Positions 10,396 to 18,633 of a stretch of DNA of 64,000 nucleotides are shown here, one piece after another. A program made the position numbers and the translations under genes. A model generated the notes under the pieces. That model had not been told where the DNA came from. It saw nothing but the letters and a program-made list of their open reading frames with translations, and ran no database searches. The stretch is from Sandaracinaceae bacterium. Lineage in GTDB: Bacteria > Myxococcota_A > Polyangia > Polyangiales > Sandaracinaceae. Where the stretch lies: the NCBI GenBank assembly GCA_044220955.1, contig JBGAQA010000001.1, positions 70,962-134,961 on the forward strand. The letters are read 5' to 3'. Position 1 is the first letter of the stretch. Each line of letters opens with the position of its first letter.

Positions 10396-11318
10396 GGCGT
10401 GACCACGTCGGTCGTCTCGACCTCACAGAACTCCATCGCGCCGTCCGGCGATGGGAACGTGTTCATGTACGAGACGCACATCTCGCGCGGGAAGATCACC
10501 GACGCGGCGTCCGTGTTGCGCCACTCGCAGGTCTGGCGCAGCCGAGTACCCCGAGAAAGCAGCAGCGGCGTGTCGAGGCCGTAGATCTCGATCGGCGGGT
10601 GCGAGGCGTACGCGGCCTCCCAAGGGAAGTCGTAGAGCATCTCCGTGGTGCCGTCGACGTTGATCCGCTCGAGCGAGAACCGCGCACCGTACTCGTGCTC
10701 GTGTCCGAGCAGGCTGGCCACCTGGAAGTCGTGCGCGAGGGTGCAGGTCGAGATCGTGCGAACGGCGCCGCGGGCGGGGATCTCGAAGTTCTCTTCGTCG
10801 AACACCAACGTGCCGCCGAGGGCCCGGACCTCCGAAGCAGGAGGGATCAAGACGTCGACCTCGTCCTGCACGGTCCGCGCCCCCTGCAGGTTGATGTAGT
10901 GCGCCTGGAGCACGATCTGCGACCCCGCCGGCAGGAGCGTTCCGAGACCGTCGACGGCGTAGCTGACCTCGCCACCTCGCGGATCGGCCGCCGTCAGCTG
11001 GCGCCACGTCGCCATCTCCGCGTCGATGCACGGGTGGTGACCGACGTCGCGATGCACGTTGGTGTAGTGGACGGTGAGGTGATGACCGCCCTCCTGCTGG
11101 GTGCCGACACCGCGGCTGATGACGATGTCGTGATCGGTGATCAGGGGCGTGTAGAAGCACTCGAACACGTCCCCTGCCGGGATCTCGAAGTCGCCCGTCC
11201 GGAGCGAGATGCGATCGGAGAAGATCGCGGCATACGGCGCGTTCGGTCCTGCGGCGCCGTTGCAGGACACGGTGACGAGAGACGCAAGGACGAACAGTGC
11301 TCGAGTCGTGCGCTTCAT
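10392..11318 (-). CDS. Copper type II ascorbate-dependent monooxygenase-like lipoprotein (PHM/DBH fold)
   Basis: Lipobox TVSC; ligand motifs GGHH, QAHY, GHEH and REMC. Confidence 0.75.
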   Translation of the reverse strand: MKRTTRALFVLASLVTVSCNGAAGPNAPYAAIFSDRISLRTGDFEIPAGDVFECFYTPLITDHDIVISRGVGTQQEGGHHLTVHYTNVHRDVGHHPCIDAEMATWRQLTAADPRGGEVSYAVDGLGTLLPAGSQIVLQAHYINLQGARTVQDEVDVLIPPASEVRALGGTLVFDEENFEIPARGAVRTISTCTLAHDFQVASLLGHEHEYGARFSLERINVDGTTEMLYDFPWEAAYASHPPIEIYGLDTPLLLSRGTRLRQTCEWRNTDAASVIFPREMCVSYMNTFPSPDGAMEFCEVETTDVVTP

Positions 11319-11462
11319 GGTGTGCTCCATTCCGCCGTGGCAGAAGGGAGAAGTTGTACGTGAAAGCCGGGCGACCGTACACAACCGCTGTTTCGCGGCG
11401 TGTGGCCGCTCACGCGAATCACGCGGTCCTGTCGCTGGGTGGGACGCGAAGAGCCGTCCTGC

Positions 11463-12785
11463 TCAGCCCCGGCTCTTGGCGGGCGTTCCGTCGGGCGCGG
11501 CCCCGCTCGTCGCCTCCGGCTTCGCCTCCGCCGGCGCGAGAGGGAACAGCTTGGCCGCCGCGTTGACGACCTCGACCTCGCCACGCTCGCTCGCGCGCTT
11601 CACCTCCGCGACGGGATGGTGCACGACCTTGTTCACCATCGCCTCGACCATCCGCTCGAGCGCCGCCCGGTCCTTCTCCTTGTCGCCCGTGAGGCGCGGG
11701 AGCGTCTTCTCCAGCTCGGCCGACAGCTGGCCGTGGACGTGCTGGCGGATGCCGACGATCAGCGGCTTGAGATCCTGCTGCTTGCGCCAGAGCTCGAAGT
11801 CGCGCGCCTCGCCGTCGATGATCTTCTCCGCCGCGGCCGCCTCACGCTTGCGCGCGGCCATGTTCTGCTGGGCGACCTTGCCGAGGTCGTCGACGTCGTA
11901 GAGGAACACCCCGTCCATCTCGCCGACGCGTGGATCGACGTCGCGCGGCACGGCGATGTCGATGAGGAAGAGGTTGCGATGGCGCCGCGCGCGCATGACC
12001 TCCCTCATCAGCTCGACCGTGACCACGAAGTGATCGCTCGACGTGGACGCGATCGCCACGTCGGCCAAGCCCAGCTCGCTCGAGAGCTCGCTCATGCCGC
12101 GCGGCTCGCCTCCACACGCCGCCGCGAGCTCCACGGCACGCTCCCGGCTGCGGTTGAGGACGAAGAGCTTCGCGCCTTGCTTGGCGAGGTGCTTGGCCGC
12201 GCTCTCGCCCATCTTGCCCGCGCCGACGAGGAGCACGCGCTTGCCCGAGAGGTCCCCGAAGATGCCGAGCGCGAGGTCGCACGCGACGGAGCTGACGCTC
12301 ACCGTCCCGGCGGCGATGCCCGTCTCGCTCCGCACCCGCTTGGCGACGGCGAACGCGCGCGCGAAGCACCGGTCCAGGAGCGTGCCCAGCCCCCCGGCGC
12401 CCGAGGCCGCCGCGTACGCGTCCTTCACCTGCCCGAGGATCTGGGGCTCGCCCACCACCATCGAGTCGAGGCTCGAGGCGACGCGGAACGCGTGGCGCAC
12501 GGCGTCCTTGCCGGACTGCTCGTACGTGTGACCGTCCAGCGCACCGGCGCCGAGCGGCTTCTCCAGCCAGCTGCGCGCGCGCGCGGCGGCGCTCGGATCG
12601 CTCGCGACGCCGTAGACCTCGACGCGGTTGCAGGTCGCGACCATCAGCGCCTCGTCGAGGTTCACCTCGTCCTTGAGGCGCGCGATCGCTGCGGCCAGCT
12701 CCGCGCTGGGCACGGCGAGCTTCTCCCGCAGCGCGACCGGCGAGGTGCGAAACGAGAGGCCGACGACGAAGATCTCCGCAGCCAC
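11463..12785 (-). CDS. hemA: Glutamyl-tRNA reductase
   Basis: TCNRVE, SLDSMVVGEPQILGQVK, GAGKMG, DIAVPRD. Confidence 0.97.
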   Translation of the reverse strand: MAAEIFVVGLSFRTSPVALREKLAVPSAELAAAIARLKDEVNLDEALMVATCNRVEVYGVASDPSAAARARSWLEKPLGAGALDGHTYEQSGKDAVRHAFRVASSLDSMVVGEPQILGQVKDAYAAASGAGGLGTLLDRCFARAFAVAKRVRSETGIAAGTVSVSSVACDLALGIFGDLSGKRVLLVGAGKMGESAAKHLAKQGAKLFVLNRSRERAVELAAACGGEPRGMSELSSELGLADVAIASTSSDHFVVTVELMREVMRARRHRNLFLIDIAVPRDVDPRVGEMDGVFLYDVDDLGKVAQQNMAARKREAAAAEKIIDGEARDFELWRKQQDLKPLIVGIRQHVHGQLSAELEKTLPRLTGDKEKDRAALERMVEAMVNKVVHHPVAEVKRASERGEVEVVNAAAKLFPLAPAEAKPEATSGAAPDGTPAKSRG

Positions 12786-12789
12786 CGCG

Positions 12790-13614
12790 TCAGCCTCCCA
12801 CCGGGCCGGTGCGGATCACGTACCCGACGAGGAGCAGACAGGTGCACAGGAACCCGAGCATCGTGCCGATCGCCGCCCGCCGGCCGCGCCAGCCCGCCGC
12901 CACGCGCAGCAGCAGCAAGCCTCCGAACATCAGCCAGGCCAGCAGCCCGAACGCCTGCGCGATCGTGATCGGCGGCGCGCCCGGATCGAGGCGCACGGCC
13001 CAGAGCGCACCGCTGACCACGCCGATCGAGAGCAGCGGAAAGCCCACGCTGATGAGGCGGAACCCCAGCGTGTCGAGGACGTCGAGCGGGGGCAGGCGCC
13101 GGAAGAGCCCCGTCAGCTTCTTCCGCTTCAGCTGCCGCTCCTGGAGCACGTAGGCGATGGCCACCGCGAACGCGAGCGCGAACGCCGTCTCACCGAGCAC
13201 GTTCACGACGATGTGCACGGGCAGCACCATCGAGCGCACGTCGTCGGGCACGGTGCCCACGCCGCGATGGAACGCGGCGAGCAGGATGAAGAGCAGCGCG
13301 ATGGGTGTGATGAACGCCCCGAGCACGGACACGCGCGGCAGCCGCGAGCGGTAGGCCCACGCCGTGCCGAGGAACGCGAGCACGAGCAGGAGCGAGCCGA
13401 CGGCGAGGACCTGGTGGATGTCGCCCAGGCGCGCCCCCCCATCGGAGAACGAGACCGCGAGGAACGCCACGTGCGCCAGCGCCGCGGGCGCGAGCAACAT
13501 CGCGCCCGCGCGCCCGACGCTCTCGGTGCCGCGCACGAGGAACGCGGCCTGGGCGGCCCACGCGGCGACGTAGAGAACGACGGTGAGCGCGAAGAGCGCG
13601 GTCAGCAGGCTCAT
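12790..13614 (-). CDS. Cytochrome c assembly protein family (CcsA/HemX-like) membrane protein
   Basis: About 8 TM helices, VHI, Q.RQLKRK...RLPPLDVLD, GALWA; sits upstream of hemA. Confidence 0.85.
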   Translation of the reverse strand: MSLLTALFALTVVLYVAAWAAQAAFLVRGTESVGRAGAMLLAPAALAHVAFLAVSFSDGGARLGDIHQVLAVGSLLLVLAFLGTAWAYRSRLPRVSVLGAFITPIALLFILLAAFHRGVGTVPDDVRSMVLPVHIVVNVLGETAFALAFAVAIAYVLQERQLKRKKLTGLFRRLPPLDVLDTLGFRLISVGFPLLSIGVVSGALWAVRLDPGAPPITIAQAFGLLAWLMFGGLLLLRVAAGWRGRRAAIGTMLGFLCTCLLLVGYVIRTGPVGG

Positions 13615-14042
13615 CGCTTTTCCAGGAACAGGCGCGCGAGCAGGTCGACCTCGCTCGCGCCGTCGCCCGCCCCCGTCGCGCGCTGCATGGCGGCCGCGAG
13701 ATCGTGCGGGCCCGACGGCGCGCGCACCTGGCCGGGATCGTCGGGCAGCGGCTCGCCGACGAATCCTTCGGCGACCTCGTAGGCGAGATCGCCGAGGACG
13801 ACCGAGCCCGCCGAGTAGTCACCTCCGAGCGCCGTGATCTGATCGACGTCCTTCACGCGGCCGAGCAGATCCGGGGCGTCTCCGGCGCCCGTGAGCTCGT
13901 TCTGGAAGAGCACTGCCGTCTTGAGGCAGAAGTTCCGCCGGTCGGGCAGGGTCGTCATGACCTCGCCCTCGACCTCGACGCGCCCCTCGCCGAGCCAGCG
14001 ATCGAGGACGGCCTGGGAGAGGAAGAGTCGGTTGTCACCCAT
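13611..14042 (-). CDS. Hypothetical protein, coupled to the ccsA-like/hemA operon
   Basis: MGDNRLFLSQ...AYEVAEGFVGEP; ATGA overlap with the next gene. Confidence 0.7.
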   Translation of the reverse strand: MGDNRLFLSQAVLDRWLGEGRVEVEGEVMTTLPDRRNFCLKTAVLFQNELTGAGDAPDLLGRVKDVDQITALGGDYSAGSVVLGDLAYEVAEGFVGEPLPDDPGQVRAPSGPHDLAAAMQRATGAGDGASEVDLLARLFLEKR

Positions 14043-14210
14043 CGGGAGCGAATCGTAGCCGAGCCTCGGCACGCCTGCGAATCCCGACGCGTGCTCGCCG
14101 CGAACGTCCCGGGCGGGAGGGCGACGGCCTGCGGACGGAAGGAGCCGCTGGGGCGTTCCCGGCGCTACCGTCGACCGAAAGGACGGCGCCCTGTGGTACC
14201 GTCCTCGGCC

Positions 14211-15068
14211 ATGGCGCGCCGGCTCGCACGCACCTCTCTCTTCGCTCTGATCGTGGCCCTCGGCGCGCTCGCTCCCGCGGCGGCGTCGGCGCAGAACCCG
14301 CTCATCGAGCGCGGCGTCGGCGAGTACGACGAGGTCCGGTTCGAGGAGGCGCTCCAGACGCTCTCGGCCGCGCTCGTCCGGGCGGGCAACACGAGCGCGG
14401 AGCAGGAGCAGATCTACCGCTACCTCGCGCTCACGTACCTGGCGCTCGGCCGCCAGGAAGAGGCCTCCGGCGCGTGGCGCGCGCTCCTCGGCCTGGCCCC
14501 CGACACGCAGGCCGGCAGCGACGTCTCGCCCCGCTTTCGCACCTTCTTCGACGGCGTGCGCACGCAATGGGAGGCCGACGGCCGACCCGGCACCGCGCCG
14601 GCGCGGGCCGTTTCGATCGGCCATCGCTCACCGCCCCAGGCCGACCGCGGCACGCAGGTGACGCTCGAGGCGACGCTCGAGGATCCCGATCGGCGCGCGG
14701 CCTCGCTCGTGCTCGCGTACCGGCAGGGCACGAGCGCCGTCTACCGGCGCGTCGACTGCGAGCGCGCGGCCGACGGCACGTTCACGGCGACGATCCCGGG
14801 CAACGACGTGAGCCCGCCGCTCGTCGAGTACTACTTCGAGGCGGTCGACGCCGCCGGCCTGCCGCTCGCGTCGCGCGGAGACGTCGCCGCGCCGCTGCGC
14901 ATCGCGGTGCCCGCGCCCGGCCGCCCGATCGAGGAGGAGCCCGCGTTCTGGGGCGCCCTCGCCGGCAGCGCGGTGGTGGTCGGCATCGCGATCGGGCTCG
15001 GCGTGTTCTTCGGGACGCAGGGCGGCAGCGGCCCGCAGCAGGGCACGCTGACCATCACGATCGAGTGA
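14211..15068 (+). CDS. Secreted TPR + Ig-like protein with C-terminal TM anchor
   Basis: Signal peptide ending ASA-Q, TPR helices, beta domain VEYYFEAVD, hydrophobic C-terminal helix. Confidence 0.7.
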   Translation: MARRLARTSLFALIVALGALAPAAASAQNPLIERGVGEYDEVRFEEALQTLSAALVRAGNTSAEQEQIYRYLALTYLALGRQEEASGAWRALLGLAPDTQAGSDVSPRFRTFFDGVRTQWEADGRPGTAPARAVSIGHRSPPQADRGTQVTLEATLEDPDRRAASLVLAYRQGTSAVYRRVDCERAADGTFTATIPGNDVSPPLVEYYFEAVDAAGLPLASRGDVAAPLRIAVPAPGRPIEEEPAFWGALAGSAVVVGIAIGLGVFFGTQGGSGPQQGTLTITIE

Positions 15069-15069
15069 C

Positions 15070-16197
15070 ATGCGACGCGCAGGCTGCGTCGTGCTCCTGT
15101 TCGCGCTCGCCTGCGGCGGATCGACGCCGGCCAGCGACGCGGCGGTCCTCGCGGACTCGGGCGCGCCGGGCGACGCCGGGCTCGACGCCAGCAGCTCGCC
15201 CTTCGTGCTCCCCACGGTCGCCGCCCGCTGTTCCGCGCCTGCGGATCGATCGAGCAGCGCGCTCGCCGTCACCGATGCCGTGCCGGAGCTCGCGCTCGCG
15301 CGTGGCGACACCGACCTCGCGCTCGCGTACGTCGTGCGCGCCGCTTCCCCGGCCCTCGCCCACTTCGATCTGCAGCGGCTCACGAGCGCGGGCGCCCCGA
15401 CGGGCGCAGCGATCTCGCTCGGCCCCGTCGACATGGCGATCCCCGGACAGGTGTCCGTCGCGCGCGACGGCTCGAGCTACCTCGCGTGCACGGTCACCGT
15501 CGGCAGCGTGTCGTGCTTCCGCGTCGACGACGCGGGGACCTCGCGCGACGACCTGATGATCACCGACGCGACGGCGGTCGCGATCGCCGCGGGCCCGGGC
15601 GGCGTGATGGCCGCGTGGACGGCCGCGGGCGAGCTGCTCGTGGGACGCCTCGGATCGGCCGGCGCCCACGTCGCGACGAGCGGCGCCCGACCCTCGATCG
15701 CCGCGACGGACGTGGGGTTCGTGGTCGGGTACACCGTGGGCGCCGCCGCATACGTGGCGCCCGTCGATGCGAGCGGCGCTCCGGGACCGCCGGTCTCGCT
15801 CGGGGCGGCGCGGAGCGGCGGACAGGTCGCCGTCGCGTTCACGGGCGGCAGCACCGGCGCGAGCTTCATCGGGCCGAGCGGCGATGCGATGGCGGCCGTG
15901 GTCTCGGCGGGCACTCCTCACACGGTCACGGTCGGCCCCGGCGCTTCGAGCTACGGACGCGTCGCGATCGCCCGAGCGAGCGACGGGTTCTTCGCGACGT
16001 GGTCCGACTTCGGCGGCACGATCGGCGGTGCGTTCGTCGACCTCTCGGGCGCCGTCACCGGGGCGGCCTATGCGCACGGCGTCGGCTGGGACGACAACGC
16101 GCACGACGTGATCGCCACCGACGCCGCGATCGTGCTCGCGACGAACACCACGCCTTCGGCGACACCGGTGGATCTGGCTCTCGTGGGGTGTCCGTAA
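15070..16197 (+). CDS. Hypothetical lipoprotein, beta-propeller-like
   Basis: Lipobox ALAC; repeated beta-strand motifs. Confidence 0.65.
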   Translation: MRRAGCVVLLFALACGGSTPASDAAVLADSGAPGDAGLDASSSPFVLPTVAARCSAPADRSSSALAVTDAVPELALARGDTDLALAYVVRAASPALAHFDLQRLTSAGAPTGAAISLGPVDMAIPGQVSVARDGSSYLACTVTVGSVSCFRVDDAGTSRDDLMITDATAVAIAAGPGGVMAAWTAAGELLVGRLGSAGAHVATSGARPSIAATDVGFVVGYTVGAAAYVAPVDASGAPGPPVSLGAARSGGQVAVAFTGGSTGASFIGPSGDAMAAVVSAGTPHTVTVGPGASSYGRVAIARASDGFFATWSDFGGTIGGAFVDLSGAVTGAAYAHGVGWDDNAHDVIATDAAIVLATNTTPSATPVDLALVGCP

Positions 16198-16220
16198 TCC
16201 ACTACTCTCGGGCTCTGCCC

Positions 16221-17795
16221 GTGAGCCGCCGTCTCCCCGTGATCTGGCTCTGCGCGATCGGGGTCACGCTCCTGCTCGCGGCGTGCACGAGCGACGCGGC
16301 CGCCGCGACGCAGGCATGGCACGCGGCGCTGCGTGACTGGGAACAGACGCGCAACCCCGCGGCATACGGCGCGTGGCTCGCGATCGACGAGCGCTTCCCC
16401 GAGGGCCAGGAAGCGCACCGCCGGATCCGCGAGGCGGACCGCCTCTACCGCGACGGCATCGCGCGGGTGGCCGCGGGAGATCCGACCGCACGCGAGCCCT
16501 TCGAGGAGGCCGTTCGCACGGCGCCGATGGATCCGCGCCTCTACCTCCCGCTCGCGCGCGCGTTCCGCGCGCAGGCCGAGCTGGCGCCCGACAACCCGCA
16601 CCTGTTCATCCGGGCCGCCGAGTACTACCGGAAGTTCCTCACGCTCGCGCCCGAGGACCCGGACCACGAGGTCGCCCGCCGCGAGCTCGAGGAGCTCGAC
16701 CCCGAGTCGGCGCTGGTCGCACCGCTCGACGTTCCCGCCGCCACACCGACGCTGCCCGACGACACGGGACCGTTCTCGAGCCCGCTGGTGGCCGCCACCG
16801 CGCTGAGTGGTCTCGCGTTCCTGCTCGCGCTCGCCGCGCTGCTCGTCATCCTCGGGCGGCCCTCGGGCCGCTCGCTCGCGGAGCTGGCCGAGAAGCGCCC
16901 GGAGCTGCACCCCGCGATCGCCTACCTCGTCTCGAGCCTCCGCCACGAGCTGCTCAAGCACCGCATCGGCGCGGTCTCGTCGGGGATCGACGCGCTCGCC
17001 GAGGGACGTGCGAGCTCACCGCAGCGCGAGTTCGTGAGCACGCGTCTGTACGGAGGCGAGCCGCTCGCAGACGCCTGGGAGGGGCACCTGCGCGCCTTCG
17101 AGCGCGCGCTGGGTCCCGAGCTGGATCTGCGGCGGCGCGACCGGACGTTCCGGCTCGCGGCGCGCGCGATCGCGGAGATCGGCCGCCTCGAGGGACCGCT
17201 CACGCGAGGCGACGCCCGCGCCAGCCGGCGCCTGCGCGCCGCGCACGCCGAGCTCGGGAGGCTCGACCGCGAGCTCGCGGCGCTCGTCGCCCGCATGGTC
17301 CGGACCCGCGTCGACGACATGCTGCTGCGCGAGATCCTCGACGACGTGCGCACCGAGTACGCCGCCTCGCGCGTGCCGCTCGGCGCCGTGGCGATCGAGA
17401 CGCCACACCCCGCCCCCGAGATCGAGGTGTTCCGCGTCGATCTCGTGCTCGTGCTGAAGAACGTGCTCCGCAACGCCATCCTCGCGGTCGGTCGCATGGA
17501 TCCCCCGGGACGCGTGAAGGTGGAGGTCGTCGTCGAGCTCGAGGCGACCGGTGAGGAGAACGTCGTCCTGCGCGTGCTCGACACCTCGAGCGAGACGCTG
17601 ACGACCGAGGCGATCTACGAGCGCCGCGTGGACCGGGGGCTGGGGCTCGTGACCGCCGCGCTGACGCGATACGACGGCGCGATCGTGGTCGAGCCGGCCG
17701 ATCCACCCTGGGCCAAGGCCGTCGCGCTCCGCTTCTTCCGCGCGTTCGGCGACGCCCCGGACGAAGACGACGGCGGACCGACCGAGCGCGCCTGA
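16221..17795 (+). CDS. Atypical sensor histidine kinase (lipobox, TPR, TM, H-box-like, HATPase-like)
   Basis: LAAC; TM LSGLAFLLALAALLVIL; SLRHELLKH; N-box KNVLRNA; LRVLDTS; RGLGLV. Confidence 0.7.
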   Translation: MSRRLPVIWLCAIGVTLLLAACTSDAAAATQAWHAALRDWEQTRNPAAYGAWLAIDERFPEGQEAHRRIREADRLYRDGIARVAAGDPTAREPFEEAVRTAPMDPRLYLPLARAFRAQAELAPDNPHLFIRAAEYYRKFLTLAPEDPDHEVARRELEELDPESALVAPLDVPAATPTLPDDTGPFSSPLVAATALSGLAFLLALAALLVILGRPSGRSLAELAEKRPELHPAIAYLVSSLRHELLKHRIGAVSSGIDALAEGRASSPQREFVSTRLYGGEPLADAWEGHLRAFERALGPELDLRRRDRTFRLAARAIAEIGRLEGPLTRGDARASRRLRAAHAELGRLDRELAALVARMVRTRVDDMLLREILDDVRTEYAASRVPLGAVAIETPHPAPEIEVFRVDLVLVLKNVLRNAILAVGRMDPPGRVKVEVVVELEATGEENVVLRVLDTSSETLTTEAIYERRVDRGLGLVTAALTRYDGAIVVEPADPPWAKAVALRFFRAFGDAPDEDDGGPTERA

Positions 17796-18271
17796 TGGCG
17801 CTACCATGCGAGCGCGTGGCCAGAGGGAAGATGCTCGTCGTCGAGGACGGCTCCGAGTACGAGGAATTCGCCAAGACGTTCCTCGGAGATCGCTACGACG
17901 TCGTGTCCGTGCACTCCGCCGCCGAGGCGCTCGGCGCCCTGCGAGCAGGCCCCTTCGACGCGCTGCTCGTGGACCTCCGCTTCGAGCGAGCCCCGGCGAG
18001 CGTGCTCGTGGGTGACGTCGAGAGCACCGCGCGCCGTCTCTTCGGCGGAGACCGGACGCGCGCCCTGCGCTGGATCAAGGACCAGCAAGGCACGCTGGTG
18101 CTGGCCGAGATCCGCAAGGCGGGCTTCGCTCAGCGCGCGGTGTTCGTGCACGACTTCCCCGAGGAGCGCCTGCGCAACCTCGCCAAGCTCTACGGCGACG
18201 TGCACGCCGTGCCGGGGTTCGACGCGGCCGCGATCGGCGCGCTCTTCGCCACCGAGGGCCCGGCGCGATGA
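17795..18271 (+). CDS. Atypical single-domain response regulator
   Basis: LVVEDG...ALLVDLRF; insertion after the Asp; no obvious conserved Lys. Confidence 0.7.
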   Translation: MALPCERVARGKMLVVEDGSEYEEFAKTFLGDRYDVVSVHSAAEALGALRAGPFDALLVDLRFERAPASVLVGDVESTARRLFGGDRTRALRWIKDQQGTLVLAEIRKAGFAQRAVFVHDFPEERLRNLAKLYGDVHAVPGFDAAAIGALFATEGPAR

Positions 18272-18633
18272 GGGAGCCCAAGGACGTGGTGGCGCGCAAG
18301 CTCGCCCACGACGTGGGCAAGTACGTCTCACGCGCGGCGCGCAACCTCCCGCCGAAGGGCGCGATCCCGGGCGTCCTCGTCGACATGCTCTTCCGCGACG
18401 TGTTCGGCACGCTCTCCGGCGGTGCCACGCCGGGCGAGCGCTTCGAGGCGCTCGCCCGCGATCTCGCGACCGACGACCCCCGCATCGACGACGTGCGCAG
18501 GCGCTTCGCACGCATCGCGGCGCTGGAGAAGGAGCTCGCCGCGGGCACGGAGCTCGTCGTGCGCTCGGTCGCCGCGGACGCGCTCGCCATCGAGCAGGCG
18601 CTCGCCTCGCTCGCGAGGGACCTCTCTCGATGA
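18268..18633 (+). CDS. Small helical protein with a HisKA-like H-box
   Basis: VVARKLAHDVGKYV; ATGA overlaps on both sides. Confidence 0.6.
   Translation: MREPKDVVARKLAHDVGKYVSRAARNLPPKGAIPGVLVDMLFRDVFGTLSGGATPGERFEALARDLATDDPRIDDVRRRFARIAALEKELAAGTELVVRSVAADALAIEQALASLARDLSR

Noticed and set aside
7026..11363. Very long opposite-strand or alternative-frame ORFs (e.g. 7026-11363 +, 41755-46734 +, 37313-39538 +, 32544-34997 +)
   Set aside because: Arg/Ala/Gly-rich shadow frames of real genes, expected at this GC content; no motifs.
11353..11385. Imperfect inverted repeat GTTGTACG...CGTACACAAC upstream of the Cu monooxygenase
   Set aside because: Short and gapped; it cannot be assigned to a regulator from sequence alone.
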